Shown piece after piece: positions 42,485 through 51,535 of a stretch of DNA of 64,000 nt. The position numbers and the translations under genes were made by a program. A model generated the notes under the pieces. That model saw nothing but the letters and a program-made list of their open reading frames with translations, ran no database searches and was not told the DNA's origin. The DNA comes from Gordonia sp. (in: high G+C Gram-positive bacteria) (GTDB lineage Bacteria; Actinomycetota; Actinomycetes; Mycobacteriales; Mycobacteriaceae). Position 1 is the stretch's first letter; each line of letters starts with the position of its first letter. The stretch is taken from contig NZ_JASGKZ010000002.1 in assembly GCF_047600385.1 (NCBI RefSeq), positions 84,217 through 148,216 on the forward strand, in the 5' to 3' direction.

Positions 42485-42554
42485 GTCATCCATTCATACT
42501 AATATTTAACTAGTTGCTTGTAATTGATGGATACTCACCCATACCATTTCGAGT
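42485..42554 (+). promoter_or_regulatory. cas operon promoter region, containing AAC-TAGTTGCTTGT target site
   Basis: AT-rich; candidate -10 TAATAT at 42500-42505; site 42508-42526 matches the mini-array spacer. Confidence 0.7.
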
Positions 42555-45353
42555 ATGACCCCGATTACACATCCGCCCTACGACAACCCGACCCTCATCG
42601 CCGAGTTGTCTGCCGCGGCGCGTGTACTGTGGGCCAAGTCTGACTACCTCGAGGGCATCGACTGGCTGCCCCTTTACCAGCACATCGCCGACTCCGCCGC
42701 GGTCGCGGGCACACTCTGGGACGAGTTCCTCCCGTCCGCGACCCAGCGCGTCGTCGCGGACGCGTTCGACGGCGATCACGCCCTCGCTCGGAAGATCGCG
42801 GTGTGGCTCGCTGCCAGTCACGACCTCGGGAAGGCGACACCGGCCTTCACCCAGCAGGTCGATCGACTCCGCGAAGAGGTGGAGCAGACCGGGCTCCCCA
42901 TCCGCGCCAACGCCCTCGGGCGCAACAGGGACCTCCCCCACTCCGCGGCGGGATTCCAGATCCTGAAACGCTGGCTGAAGCAGGAGCACGGGTTCAAACC
43001 CAGATTCGCCGCGATGTACGCGTGCATCCCCCTCGGCCATCACGGCTCGTTCCACGCCCCCGCACCCGAGCACGACAGTCTCGACTCCCCACTCCTCGGC
43101 GATTGCGCACAGTGGCATGAGGTGCAGCACGAACTCACCCGATTCGCCGCCGCGACCGCCGGAATGACCGACGCCGATTTCGCGCTGATCGCCGGTCGTC
43201 CGCTGCCGCAGCCCGCCGCCATCATCCTGACCGCGCTGACGATCCAGTCCGACTGGATCGCCTCCAACACGGGCTTCTTCCCGTTGCGCAGCACCCCGCG
43301 CGAGCCCGATGCCGCGGCCGAGGCGATGGCCGCGCTACGACTGCCACCACCGTGGAAGGCCGCTGTACCAGACGATGCCCGACTCTTCTCCGATCATCTC
43401 GGGCTCGCCGATCCAAGGCCGCTCCAGACCGGCCTCGTCGACCTCGCCCGGACGCTCCCCCGTCCCGAACTCATGATTCTCGAGGCGCCGACCGGGGAAG
43501 GAAAGACCAAGGCCGCCCTCGGCGCGAGCGAGGTGCTGGCTACGAGATTCGACCTGGGCGGAGTGCTGTTCGCACTGCCGACGCAAGCGACCTCGGACGG
43601 CATCTTCAGCACCGTCCACGAGTGGCTGCGGACGGCGGGCGGATCGACCGACGTCTCGCTGGCCCTGGCACACGGTAAAGCACAGTTCAACGCCGAGTAC
43701 ACGGCGATCAAGGATCTCCGGCTGTCACCGATCGACGATCCCGACGGCCACGGCGGCATCGTCGCCCACTGGTTCCTCACCGGACGCGGCAAGCTCGCGA
43801 CGACGTCCGACTTCGTCGTCGGCACCATCGACCAGCTCCTCCTCGGTGCTCTCCGCGCCAAGCACGTCGTCCTCCGGCACCTCGGCGTCGCGGGCAAGGT
43901 CGTGGTCATCGACGAGGTCCATGCCGCCGATGCGTTCATGCGCCGATACCTGTGCCGCATGCTCACCTGGCTGGCCGTGTACGACGTTCCGGTGATCGCG
44001 ATGTCGGCCACGCTGACTCCGTCGATCCGGAACGAGCTGATCGGCGCGTACAACGAGGGCCGCGGGCGGCCGGCGCCACGACCTGAGGACGATGAGGCGA
44101 TCGTCTACCCGCGGATCACCTGGTCCACCGACGACGGAGCCGCCGTGGTGGCCCTGCCCGCGTCGTCGCGCACCTCGACGCTCACGGTCTCCGAACTCTC
44201 CGGGTCGACCGAGGACATCAGCGCCGCGGCACTTGCCGCGGCCCGCGATGGAGGTAACGTCGCGGTCGTCTGCAACACCGTGCGCCGAGCTCAGGACGTC
44301 TACCGTTTCCTGAACACCGAGGCCGCTCAGGACATGGACACGATGCTCCTCCACTCGCGGTTCCTCACTCCGGATCGCATGGACAAGGAGCAGGACCTTC
44401 GACGCAGACTCGGTCCCGACTCCACGCACGACGATGCGGCCCGCCCGCTGATCGTCGTGGCGACGCAGGTCATCGAGCAGTCGTTGGACATCGATTTCGA
44501 TGTCATGTTCAGCGACATCGCACCCGTCGACCTGCTCATTCAGCGTGCGGGACGTCTGCATCGTCACTCGTGGAAAGACGAACGACGTCCCCGTGAACAC
44601 CGCACCGCACAGCTGACCCTCACCGGTTTCACCCGGAACGCCGACGGTCCGCCGACCCTGGATCGAGGTTGCCGGGCCGTCTACGGCGCATCCGCGCTCC
44701 TGCGCGCGATCGCCACGCTCGACGAGCATCTCCGCGACCACGAGGTGCTGACCAGTCCCGGAGACGTCGCACCTCTCGTGACCCGGGCCTACGAGACGAT
44801 CACACCGCCGGCCGGATGGGAGGAAACGTGGCGGAACGCCGACGAGAAGGCTCGGAAGTCGAGCGCCGATCAGAAGCAACGCGCCGACACCTTCCGGATA
44901 CCTCCGCCCGGGACGAAGTCCCTGGTCGAATGGGATTCCCAGTCAGTCGGGGATCCGAGCGGCGAGCGGGGCGCAGCACAGGTCCGAGACGGCGAGGACT
45001 CCATCGAAGTGGTCGTCGTGCAGCGGATCAACGGCCGCCGGGTGATCCCGACCTGGGCACACGAGTACCCGGATGAATCGGTCGATCTCGCCACCGTCAC
45101 CGACGATCACTTCGCCCTGGCGGCATCGAAGAACACGCTCCGTCTTCCCGGGTTCCTCGGTTCGGACGGACTCGGCGATCAACTGATCGACGAGTTGGAA
45201 GACGACTGCATCGACACATGGCAGAACTCGCGCTGGCTTCGCGGCGCCCTGCCGCTCGTCCTCGACGAGAACGGGGATGCCACACACGCGGGATTCGATT
45301 TCCACTACGACACCGACCTCGGTCTCGTCGTCACCACCTCGGAGGAGAAATGA
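42555..45353 (+). CDS. cas3: CRISPR-associated helicase/endonuclease Cas3
   Basis: HDLGKA (HD), APTGEGKT, DEVH, MSAT, QRAGRLHRH. Confidence 0.97.
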   Translation: MTPITHPPYDNPTLIAELSAAARVLWAKSDYLEGIDWLPLYQHIADSAAVAGTLWDEFLPSATQRVVADAFDGDHALARKIAVWLAASHDLGKATPAFTQQVDRLREEVEQTGLPIRANALGRNRDLPHSAAGFQILKRWLKQEHGFKPRFAAMYACIPLGHHGSFHAPAPEHDSLDSPLLGDCAQWHEVQHELTRFAAATAGMTDADFALIAGRPLPQPAAIILTALTIQSDWIASNTGFFPLRSTPREPDAAAEAMAALRLPPPWKAAVPDDARLFSDHLGLADPRPLQTGLVDLARTLPRPELMILEAPTGEGKTKAALGASEVLATRFDLGGVLFALPTQATSDGIFSTVHEWLRTAGGSTDVSLALAHGKAQFNAEYTAIKDLRLSPIDDPDGHGGIVAHWFLTGRGKLATTSDFVVGTIDQLLLGALRAKHVVLRHLGVAGKVVVIDEVHAADAFMRRYLCRMLTWLAVYDVPVIAMSATLTPSIRNELIGAYNEGRGRPAPRPEDDEAIVYPRITWSTDDGAAVVALPASSRTSTLTVSELSGSTEDISAAALAAARDGGNVAVVCNTVRRAQDVYRFLNTEAAQDMDTMLLHSRFLTPDRMDKEQDLRRRLGPDSTHDDAARPLIVVATQVIEQSLDIDFDVMFSDIAPVDLLIQRAGRLHRHSWKDERRPREHRTAQLTLTGFTRNADGPPTLDRGCRAVYGASALLRAIATLDEHLRDHEVLTSPGDVAPLVTRAYETITPPAGWEETWRNADEKARKSSADQKQRADTFRIPPPGTKSLVEWDSQSVGDPSGERGAAQVRDGEDSIEVVVVQRINGRRVIPTWAHEYPDESVDLATVTDDHFALAASKNTLRLPGFLGSDGLGDQLIDELEDDCIDTWQNSRWLRGALPLVLDENGDATHAGFDFHYDTDLGLVVTTSEEK

Positions 45354-46945
45354 GCACACCGTCCTTCAACCTCGTCGACGAACCGTGGATCAGCGTGCGA
45401 TCGACCGATCGCCGATCCGCTCTCGTCTCACTGCGCGAACTCTTTCATCGCGCGCCCACGATCCGCCGCATCGCCGGTGAACTGCCGACCCAGGACTTCG
45501 CCGTTCTCCGCATCGCTCTGGCGGTGATGTACCGGGCGCTGGACACCGACGAGAACGTCGACGAGATCTGGGAGTCGGGAACCCTGCCGCTCGACGAGAT
45601 CGACGAGTACCTCGACCGATGGCACCACCGGTTCGACCTGTTCGACGGCGAGCACCCGTTCATGCAGGTCGCCGGACTCAAGAGCGTCTCGGGCGATACC
45701 AAGCCGCTCGGCATCCTCATGCCGGACTCCCCCGGTCCCGGGCATCTGTTCACCATGCGACACGACATCGAATCGGTGTCCTTCGCCGAAGCGGCCCGGT
45801 GGCTGGTGCACTGCCAGGCGTACGACTTCGACGGGATCAAGACCGGGGCGCTCGACGATCCTCGTACAAAAGGCGGCAAAGGTTATCCGGTCGGTATCGG
45901 CTGGGCGGGTTGGCTCGGCGGCCTCTATCTCGAAGGCCACGATCTACGCGAGACCCTGCTGCACAATTGGGTACCGTCCAGAGAGAGCGAGCAGCGTCGG
46001 GACGACCTCGCACTCTGGGAACTCGATCCACTCACCCCGGCTCCCCGCGACCTCGCGGAGATCGGGCCATTCGGGCCAGCGGGGCTGTTCACCTGGCCAA
46101 TCCGACACATCCGACTGATTCCCGGTGACGGCCGGGTAAACCGTGTACTGATCTGCATTGGCGATCCGGTCGCGAAAGCCGTCCAGATGCAGAACGAACC
46201 CATGACATCATGGCGGTACAGCGATCCACAGACGAAGAAAGAGAAGTCCTCGACTCCGCTGTACATGCCACGCAAACACGACCCGACATGGGCACTGTGG
46301 CGAGGACTCGCCTCGCTCCTCCCGACGACGGAACCACCGACGGATACCAAGGGCATCGTCTCGGCACACCCTTCGATGGTCGTCTCACGACTCGCCGAGC
46401 GCATCGCCGAAGACAAGCTCCCGAATCGGTTAGTCGCTCTGGTCTCAGTGGGCGTCGAGTACGGATCCCAGATGTCGACGTACTCCCAGATCTTTAGCGA
46501 CAACCTGGTAGTCCATCCCACCATCGCAAAGGCCGAAGGTGCAGCCCGAGCATGCGTCGTCGACGCTATCAAACGAACCTATGACGCGGTCTCTGCACTC
46601 TCTGGACTAGCCGGAGACCTTGCCGTCACCGACGGCGGCAAACGACCGGAAGCCGCGGAACGTGCCCGAGCCACCGCCTATGCCGCACTTGATCAGCACT
46701 TCCGTGCATGGGTTCAGTATGTCGGCGATCATCGAGACACCAGCGAATTGTCGAACGCCTGGTACGGCATGGCGACCGATGTGCTCTCCGCCCTCGCCGA
46801 TACTCTGCTCGATTCCGCATCGCCGCGGTCCCGGGCGGTCCGAATCGTCGACGGGCATCCGGTCTCGGCCGGCCAGGCGGCGAACTGGTTCCGCTACAAC
46901 CTCTCCAAACATCTTCCGGTCACGCGAAAGGACACAGCGATATGA
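45350..46945 (+). CDS. cse1: Type I-E Cse1/CasA (Cas8e)
   Basis: FNLVDEPWI, RFDLFD..HPFMQV, EPMTSWR; operon position. Confidence 0.93.
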   Translation: MSTPSFNLVDEPWISVRSTDRRSALVSLRELFHRAPTIRRIAGELPTQDFAVLRIALAVMYRALDTDENVDEIWESGTLPLDEIDEYLDRWHHRFDLFDGEHPFMQVAGLKSVSGDTKPLGILMPDSPGPGHLFTMRHDIESVSFAEAARWLVHCQAYDFDGIKTGALDDPRTKGGKGYPVGIGWAGWLGGLYLEGHDLRETLLHNWVPSRESEQRRDDLALWELDPLTPAPRDLAEIGPFGPAGLFTWPIRHIRLIPGDGRVNRVLICIGDPVAKAVQMQNEPMTSWRYSDPQTKKEKSSTPLYMPRKHDPTWALWRGLASLLPTTEPPTDTKGIVSAHPSMVVSRLAERIAEDKLPNRLVALVSVGVEYGSQMSTYSQIFSDNLVVHPTIAKAEGAARACVVDAIKRTYDAVSALSGLAGDLAVTDGGKRPEAAERARATAYAALDQHFRAWVQYVGDHRDTSELSNAWYGMATDVLSALADTLLDSASPRSRAVRIVDGHPVSAGQAANWFRYNLSKHLPVTRKDTAI

Positions 46946-47586
46946 CCGCCACCAGCGAGAACCCCACCAGGCAGGGGATCAATGCGCATGTGGACCGCAG
47001 GGCCCGCGAACTCTTCAAAGGGATGCGGGGAAACAACGGCGCGGCGATCGGCGCCCTCGCCAAGCTGCGGCGTGCCGCGACGTCGGACATCGGGGAGGAC
47101 CCCGCCGCCTGGCAGGTCGCGTTCCTCGGATTCGGTGATCGCACATCGGACGATCTTCCGTTCCCGACCGCACAGGAGACGGGCGTCTACCTGGCGCTCA
47201 CCACGTTCGCTCTCCATCAGCAGTCGAAGAACGAGTCCATGCACGTCGACGGACCGTCCCTCGGTACCGCGCTGAACCGGCTCGCACACGCCGGCGGAGG
47301 AGCCGACGGCCCGAGTGAACCGGTGATCCGCCGGTTCAACGCACTCGTCACTGCCGACTCGGACGAGGAGACGCGCTGGCATCTCCGCAGTCTGATCGGT
47401 CAGCTCCGCGCTCGCAGTATCGAGCTCGACTACGGCCGACTGGCCGACGACCTCGCCGCCCTCGCGGGCCGAACCCGGAAGGGCGAGAACGAAGGCGCGG
47501 CGCGGCGCCGGGTCCAGTTGCAGTGGTCCCGCGATTTCAGCAGAACCCCGAAGACCGCCGACCCGTCGGCGACCACGAACGACTGA
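46942..47586 (+). CDS. cse2: Type I-E Cse2/CasB (Cas11)
   Basis: LAKLRRA, LTTFALHQQS, RRFNAL, LDYGRLADDL. Confidence 0.93.
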   Translation: MTATSENPTRQGINAHVDRRARELFKGMRGNNGAAIGALAKLRRAATSDIGEDPAAWQVAFLGFGDRTSDDLPFPTAQETGVYLALTTFALHQQSKNESMHVDGPSLGTALNRLAHAGGGADGPSEPVIRRFNALVTADSDEETRWHLRSLIGQLRARSIELDYGRLADDLAALAGRTRKGENEGAARRRVQLQWSRDFSRTPKTADPSATTND

Positions 47587-47617
47587 CCTTTTCCACCTCG
47601 AACACCAGGAGTACCTC

Positions 47618-48730
47618 ATGTCCCTCTTCATCGACCTCCACGCCATTCAGTCCGTCCCGCCGTCGAACATCAACCGCGACGAGGACGGCAGCCCCAAGAG
47701 CACCACGTTCGGCGGCACCCGGCGTGCTCGCGTGTCGAGCCAGGCATGGAAACGGGCCATGCGCAACGACTTCGCCGATCACCTCGACGACTCCGAACTC
47801 GGTGTCCGGACGCTCCGTATGGTCGACCAGATCGCCGCGCGTATCACCACTCTCGATGCCGCGATCGACGGCGATGCCGCTCAGCAACGTGCCACCGAGG
47901 TGCTCACCGCGACCGGAATCAAGGTCGAGAAGGTGAAGCCGCGTAAGAACGACGAGAACCAGGACGAGTACTCGAAGACCGGCGCCCTGCTGTTCCTCAG
48001 CAACCCGCAGATCGACGCGCTCGCCGAGTTGGCGGTCACCACCGTCGGCAAGATCGACAGGAAGGCGGCGAAGGCCGTCCTGTCCAAGGGAAATTCGATC
48101 GATCTCGCCCTGTTCGGCCGGATGATCGCCGACGCGCCCGACCACAACGTCGACGCCGCGGCACAGGTGGCGCACGCGCTCGGCACACACGCCGTCGTAC
48201 CCGAGTTCGACTACTTCACCGCGGTCGACGACAAGCAGTCCGACGACAACGCCGGCGCCGGGATGATCGGGACCGTAGAATTCAACACCGCCACGCTTTA
48301 CCGTTACGCCACGGTGAACGTGTCCGTACTAGAAAAGAATCTCGGTGATCCCGAGGCCGTCGCACGCGGCGTCGAGGCGTTCGTCCGGGCGTTCATCACG
48401 TCGATGCCGACCGGCAAACGCAACACGTTCGCGAACAAGACCCTTCCGTCGTTCGTGCTCGTCACTGTACGCACGGACCAGCCGATCAACTTCGCCGGGG
48501 CGTTCGAGGAGGCCGTCGATCCGAAGCAGGGGCTGACCACCGTGTCGATCAAGGAACTGCTCGGTGAAGCGACCCGCACGTACACGGCGTTCGATGCCGC
48601 ACCGGCCGCGTCGTACGCGGTCACCTCCCGGGCCGTCGACGGCCTCGACGAAGTCGCCGCCACGCTGTCTCTCAGGGATCTGGTGACCACGCTCGGCGAC
48701 GAGACCCGCGCCCGGCTCGGGGCAAGCTGA
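47618..48730 (+). CDS. cas7e: Cas7e (CasC/Cse4)
   Basis: SNINRDEDGSPK, RVSSQAWKRA, DLALFGRMIAD, DYFTAVDD, GAGMIG. Confidence 0.96.
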   Translation: MSLFIDLHAIQSVPPSNINRDEDGSPKSTTFGGTRRARVSSQAWKRAMRNDFADHLDDSELGVRTLRMVDQIAARITTLDAAIDGDAAQQRATEVLTATGIKVEKVKPRKNDENQDEYSKTGALLFLSNPQIDALAELAVTTVGKIDRKAAKAVLSKGNSIDLALFGRMIADAPDHNVDAAAQVAHALGTHAVVPEFDYFTAVDDKQSDDNAGAGMIGTVEFNTATLYRYATVNVSVLEKNLGDPEAVARGVEAFVRAFITSMPTGKRNTFANKTLPSFVLVTVRTDQPINFAGAFEEAVDPKQGLTTVSIKELLGEATRTYTAFDAAPAASYAVTSRAVDGLDEVAATLSLRDLVTTLGDETRARLGAS

Positions 48731-49434
48731 TGACGACGCTCCTGCTGAATCTCGCGGCGCCGCAACAGGCGTGGGGGGATTCGAGCCGCTTCACCCAGCG
48801 CCAGACACGACCCGAACCCACCAAGAGCGGCATCGTGGGACTGCTCGCGGCCGCTCTGGGCCGTCGCCGCACCGATCCGATCGAGGACCTCGCCGGACTC
48901 ACCTTCGGAGTCCGGACGGACCAGGCGGGGACGCTGGAACGGGATTTTCAGACCGAGATCGACTGGCGGACCGGGAAATCGCGGGCACTGACACACCGCT
49001 ACTACCTCGCCGACGCCAAGTTCGTCGCCGCCGTCGGCGGCGACGAGGATCTGCTCCACGGCCTCGTCGAGGCACTGATCAATCCCACGTTCCCGCTGTT
49101 CCTCGGCCGGCGGGCCTTTCCTCCCGCGGGTCCTCTCCGCGGAACGCTCGTCGACGACGATGTGCCGTCTGCGCTGAAGAATGCTCCGTGGACTGCGAGC
49201 CCACGGCATCGTCGTGCCCAGGCCGGTCACGTGAGTCTGCCGATCGTCCGAGACGCCGGCCCTGAAGACGACCGGATCGCCGAGTCGATCCGAGATCATC
49301 CGGTCAGTTTCGATCCGGATGCCCGCCGATACGAATGGCGGGACGTGGTGCACGACATCGTGCGGATCGACAACCCCGATTCGCAATGTCCGGCGTCCCG
49401 GCCCGACTGGCTCGCCGCACTGGGAGGTAGCTGA
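48730..49434 (+). CDS. cas5e: Cas5e (CasD)
   Basis: LAAPQQAWG, PTKSGIVGLLAAALG, YLADA, FLGRR. Confidence 0.95.
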   Translation: MTTLLLNLAAPQQAWGDSSRFTQRQTRPEPTKSGIVGLLAAALGRRRTDPIEDLAGLTFGVRTDQAGTLERDFQTEIDWRTGKSRALTHRYYLADAKFVAAVGGDEDLLHGLVEALINPTFPLFLGRRAFPPAGPLRGTLVDDDVPSALKNAPWTASPRHRRAQAGHVSLPIVRDAGPEDDRIAESIRDHPVSFDPDARRYEWRDVVHDIVRIDNPDSQCPASRPDWLAALGGS

Positions 49435-50118
49435 ATGTACATGTCCAGAATCGCTCTGAATCGGCGACGGCGCGGGGCGATGAAGCTGCTCGGCAACCGT
49501 CACGCGATGCACGCCGCGGTCATGTCGGCGTTTCCTCCCGGAACGACGACGGAGAGCGCCGAAGGTCGCGTGCTGTGGAGAATCGACCGGCACGGCAGGG
49601 ATGACATCGAGCTCCTCGTCGTCAGTCCAGCGGAACCGTGTCTCGCACACATCAACGACCAGGCCGGCTGGTCGACCGGATCCGCCTGGGCGACCAGGGA
49701 CTACGACACTTTTCTCCAGTCGATCTCCGCGGGTCACGAGTACGTCTTCCGGCTCACCGCCAACCCGACGCACCGCGTGTCGATCCCCACCGACGACGGG
49801 GTGCGCAAGCGGATCGTCGGCCACGTGACCGACGGGCACCAGCGTCGCTGGTTCCTCGACCGTGCGGAGACGAACGGCTTCAGCGTCGTGGAGAGTTCGT
49901 CGAGTTCCGAGGACGAATCACGGTCGGAGCTGATCCTCACCGACCGTGACACAGCGGTGTTCAACCGTTCAGGTCGGCGGGTGACCCTGCAGACCGCGTC
50001 GTTCGAGGGCCGCCTGAACGTCGAAGACCCGGACCTTCTCCGCCACGCGTTGACCCACGGAATCGGACGTGCCAAAGGGTACGGCTGTGGTCTGCTGACA
50101 CTGCTGCCGGTGGACTGA
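49435..50118 (+). CDS. cas6e: Cas6e (CasE/Cse3)
   Basis: LWRID, FRLTANP, GIGRAKGYGCGLL. Confidence 0.95.
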   Translation: MYMSRIALNRRRRGAMKLLGNRHAMHAAVMSAFPPGTTTESAEGRVLWRIDRHGRDDIELLVVSPAEPCLAHINDQAGWSTGSAWATRDYDTFLQSISAGHEYVFRLTANPTHRVSIPTDDGVRKRIVGHVTDGHQRRWFLDRAETNGFSVVESSSSSEDESRSELILTDRDTAVFNRSGRRVTLQTASFEGRLNVEDPDLLRHALTHGIGRAKGYGCGLLTLLPVD

Positions 50119-51098
50119 TGGCCGAGATCCCCGGAGTCCGTCCGGCGCGTCCCAGCGAGCTGGTCCGTGTTCAAGACCGGCTCTCGTTCATCTACGTCGA
50201 GCGGGCGACGATCGGACGTGACGACAGCGCGATCACCGCCACCGACGACTCCGGTGTCATCCATATTCCAGCGGCCTCACTCGGAGCGCTTCTGCTCGGA
50301 CCGGGGACTCGTGTCACCCACCAGGCGATGTTGTTGATGGCGGACAGCGGTTCGACCGCGGTCTGGGTCGGCGAACGCGGTGTTCGGTATTACGCACACG
50401 GTCGGCCGCTCGGCCGCACATCCCGTCTGCTCGACGCACAGGCACGCGCGGTGTCGAACACCCGGGAACGCATCGCCGTCGCGCGCGCCATGTACGAGAT
50501 GCGGTTTCCGGGTGAAGACGTGTCCGAGTGCTCGATGCAGCAACTCCGAGGACGCGAGGGCGCACGCGTGCGCGGCCTCTATCGAACGCATTCGACCCGC
50601 ACCGGCGTCGAATGGAATCGGCGGGATTACGACCCGGCGGACTTCGCCGCCTCCGACATCATCAACCAGGCACTGTCCGCCGCACACACCTGTCTCTACG
50701 GTGTGGTCCATTCCGTCGTCGTCGCACTCGGATGCAGCCCCGGACTCGGTTTCGTCCACACCGGCCACGATCGATCGTTCGTGTACGACATCGCAGATCT
50801 CTATAAAGCCGAGATCACGATCCCCGTCGCCTTCGATGTCGCCGAGATGATGGCACGTGAGGAGATTCCCGACGACGACGTCGGCGGAATCACCCGCCGC
50901 GCGGTCCGGGATGCCGTGAAGTCCGGTGCGACCTTGACGCGCTGTGTTCGCGACATCCACCGCCTCCTTCTCCCCGAGGAGAAGGGCAGCGACACACAAG
51001 CGGACTACGCGGATGTGATCGAACTGTGGGATGACCGCCACGACAACGTCGTGGGTGGGACCAATTTCGCACCCGAAGACGAGGACCCGTCATGGTAG
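50118..51098 (+). CDS. cas1e: Type I-E Cas1
   Basis: LGPGTRVTH, QQLRGREGARV, GFVHTG, FVYDIADLYK. Confidence 0.96.
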   Translation: MAEIPGVRPARPSELVRVQDRLSFIYVERATIGRDDSAITATDDSGVIHIPAASLGALLLGPGTRVTHQAMLLMADSGSTAVWVGERGVRYYAHGRPLGRTSRLLDAQARAVSNTRERIAVARAMYEMRFPGEDVSECSMQQLRGREGARVRGLYRTHSTRTGVEWNRRDYDPADFAASDIINQALSAAHTCLYGVVHSVVVALGCSPGLGFVHTGHDRSFVYDIADLYKAEITIPVAFDVAEMMAREEIPDDDVGGITRRAVRDAVKSGATLTRCVRDIHRLLLPEEKGSDTQADYADVIELWDDRHDNVVGGTNFAPEDEDPSW

Positions 51099-51436
51099 TA
51101 GTCGTGCTCACGAGTTGTCCCGCGAAGCTTCGCGGACACCTGACCCGATGGCTGTTGGAGATCAGCGCCGGCGTGTATGTCGGCCATGTACCAGCACGTG
51201 TTCGCGACCTTCTCTGGATCCAGGTCGTCGAGTACGTGCAGGACGGCAAAGCGATCATGGTCCATACCGCCGCGGGCGAACAACGGCTGACGTTCCGCAC
51301 TCACCGACATGAGTGGGAGCCGGTGGACCTCGACGGCATCACCCTCATGCGGAGACCTACCGACAACGCGGTCACTCGTGGTCGGGTACGGAAAGGCTGG
51401 AGCACCGCGGCTCAGCGTCGCCGCCGTAGGTCATGA
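51092..51436 (+). CDS. cas2e: Type I-E Cas2
   Basis: LRGHLTRWLLEISAGVYVG, DLDGITL. Confidence 0.94.
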   Translation: MVVVVLTSCPAKLRGHLTRWLLEISAGVYVGHVPARVRDLLWIQVVEYVQDGKAIMVHTAAGEQRLTFRTHRHEWEPVDLDGITLMRRPTDNAVTRGRVRKGWSTAAQRRRRRS

Positions 51437-51535
51437 ACGACTCACGAACGTAGTTACGTGGTATCAAGGCAGGTACCACTCACAGAAGTCATTCTAATTT
51501 CATCTCATGTGAAGTATTCTTCCTGTTCAGGAAGA
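51437..51535 (+). promoter_or_regulatory. Leader of CRISPR array 2
   Basis: AT-rich 99 bp between the cas2 stop and the first repeat. Confidence 0.75.

Noticed and set aside
40926-42513. Long ORFs across array 1 on both strands
   Set aside because: Translations of the repeat period (PRSRGEH, SPRERG, PRASGDVP); not proteins.
51512-51525. Spacer B matching the array-2 leader (AAG-TATTCT)
   Set aside because: Only positions 1-6 match, and 7-11 match 0/5; expected by chance in AT-rich DNA.
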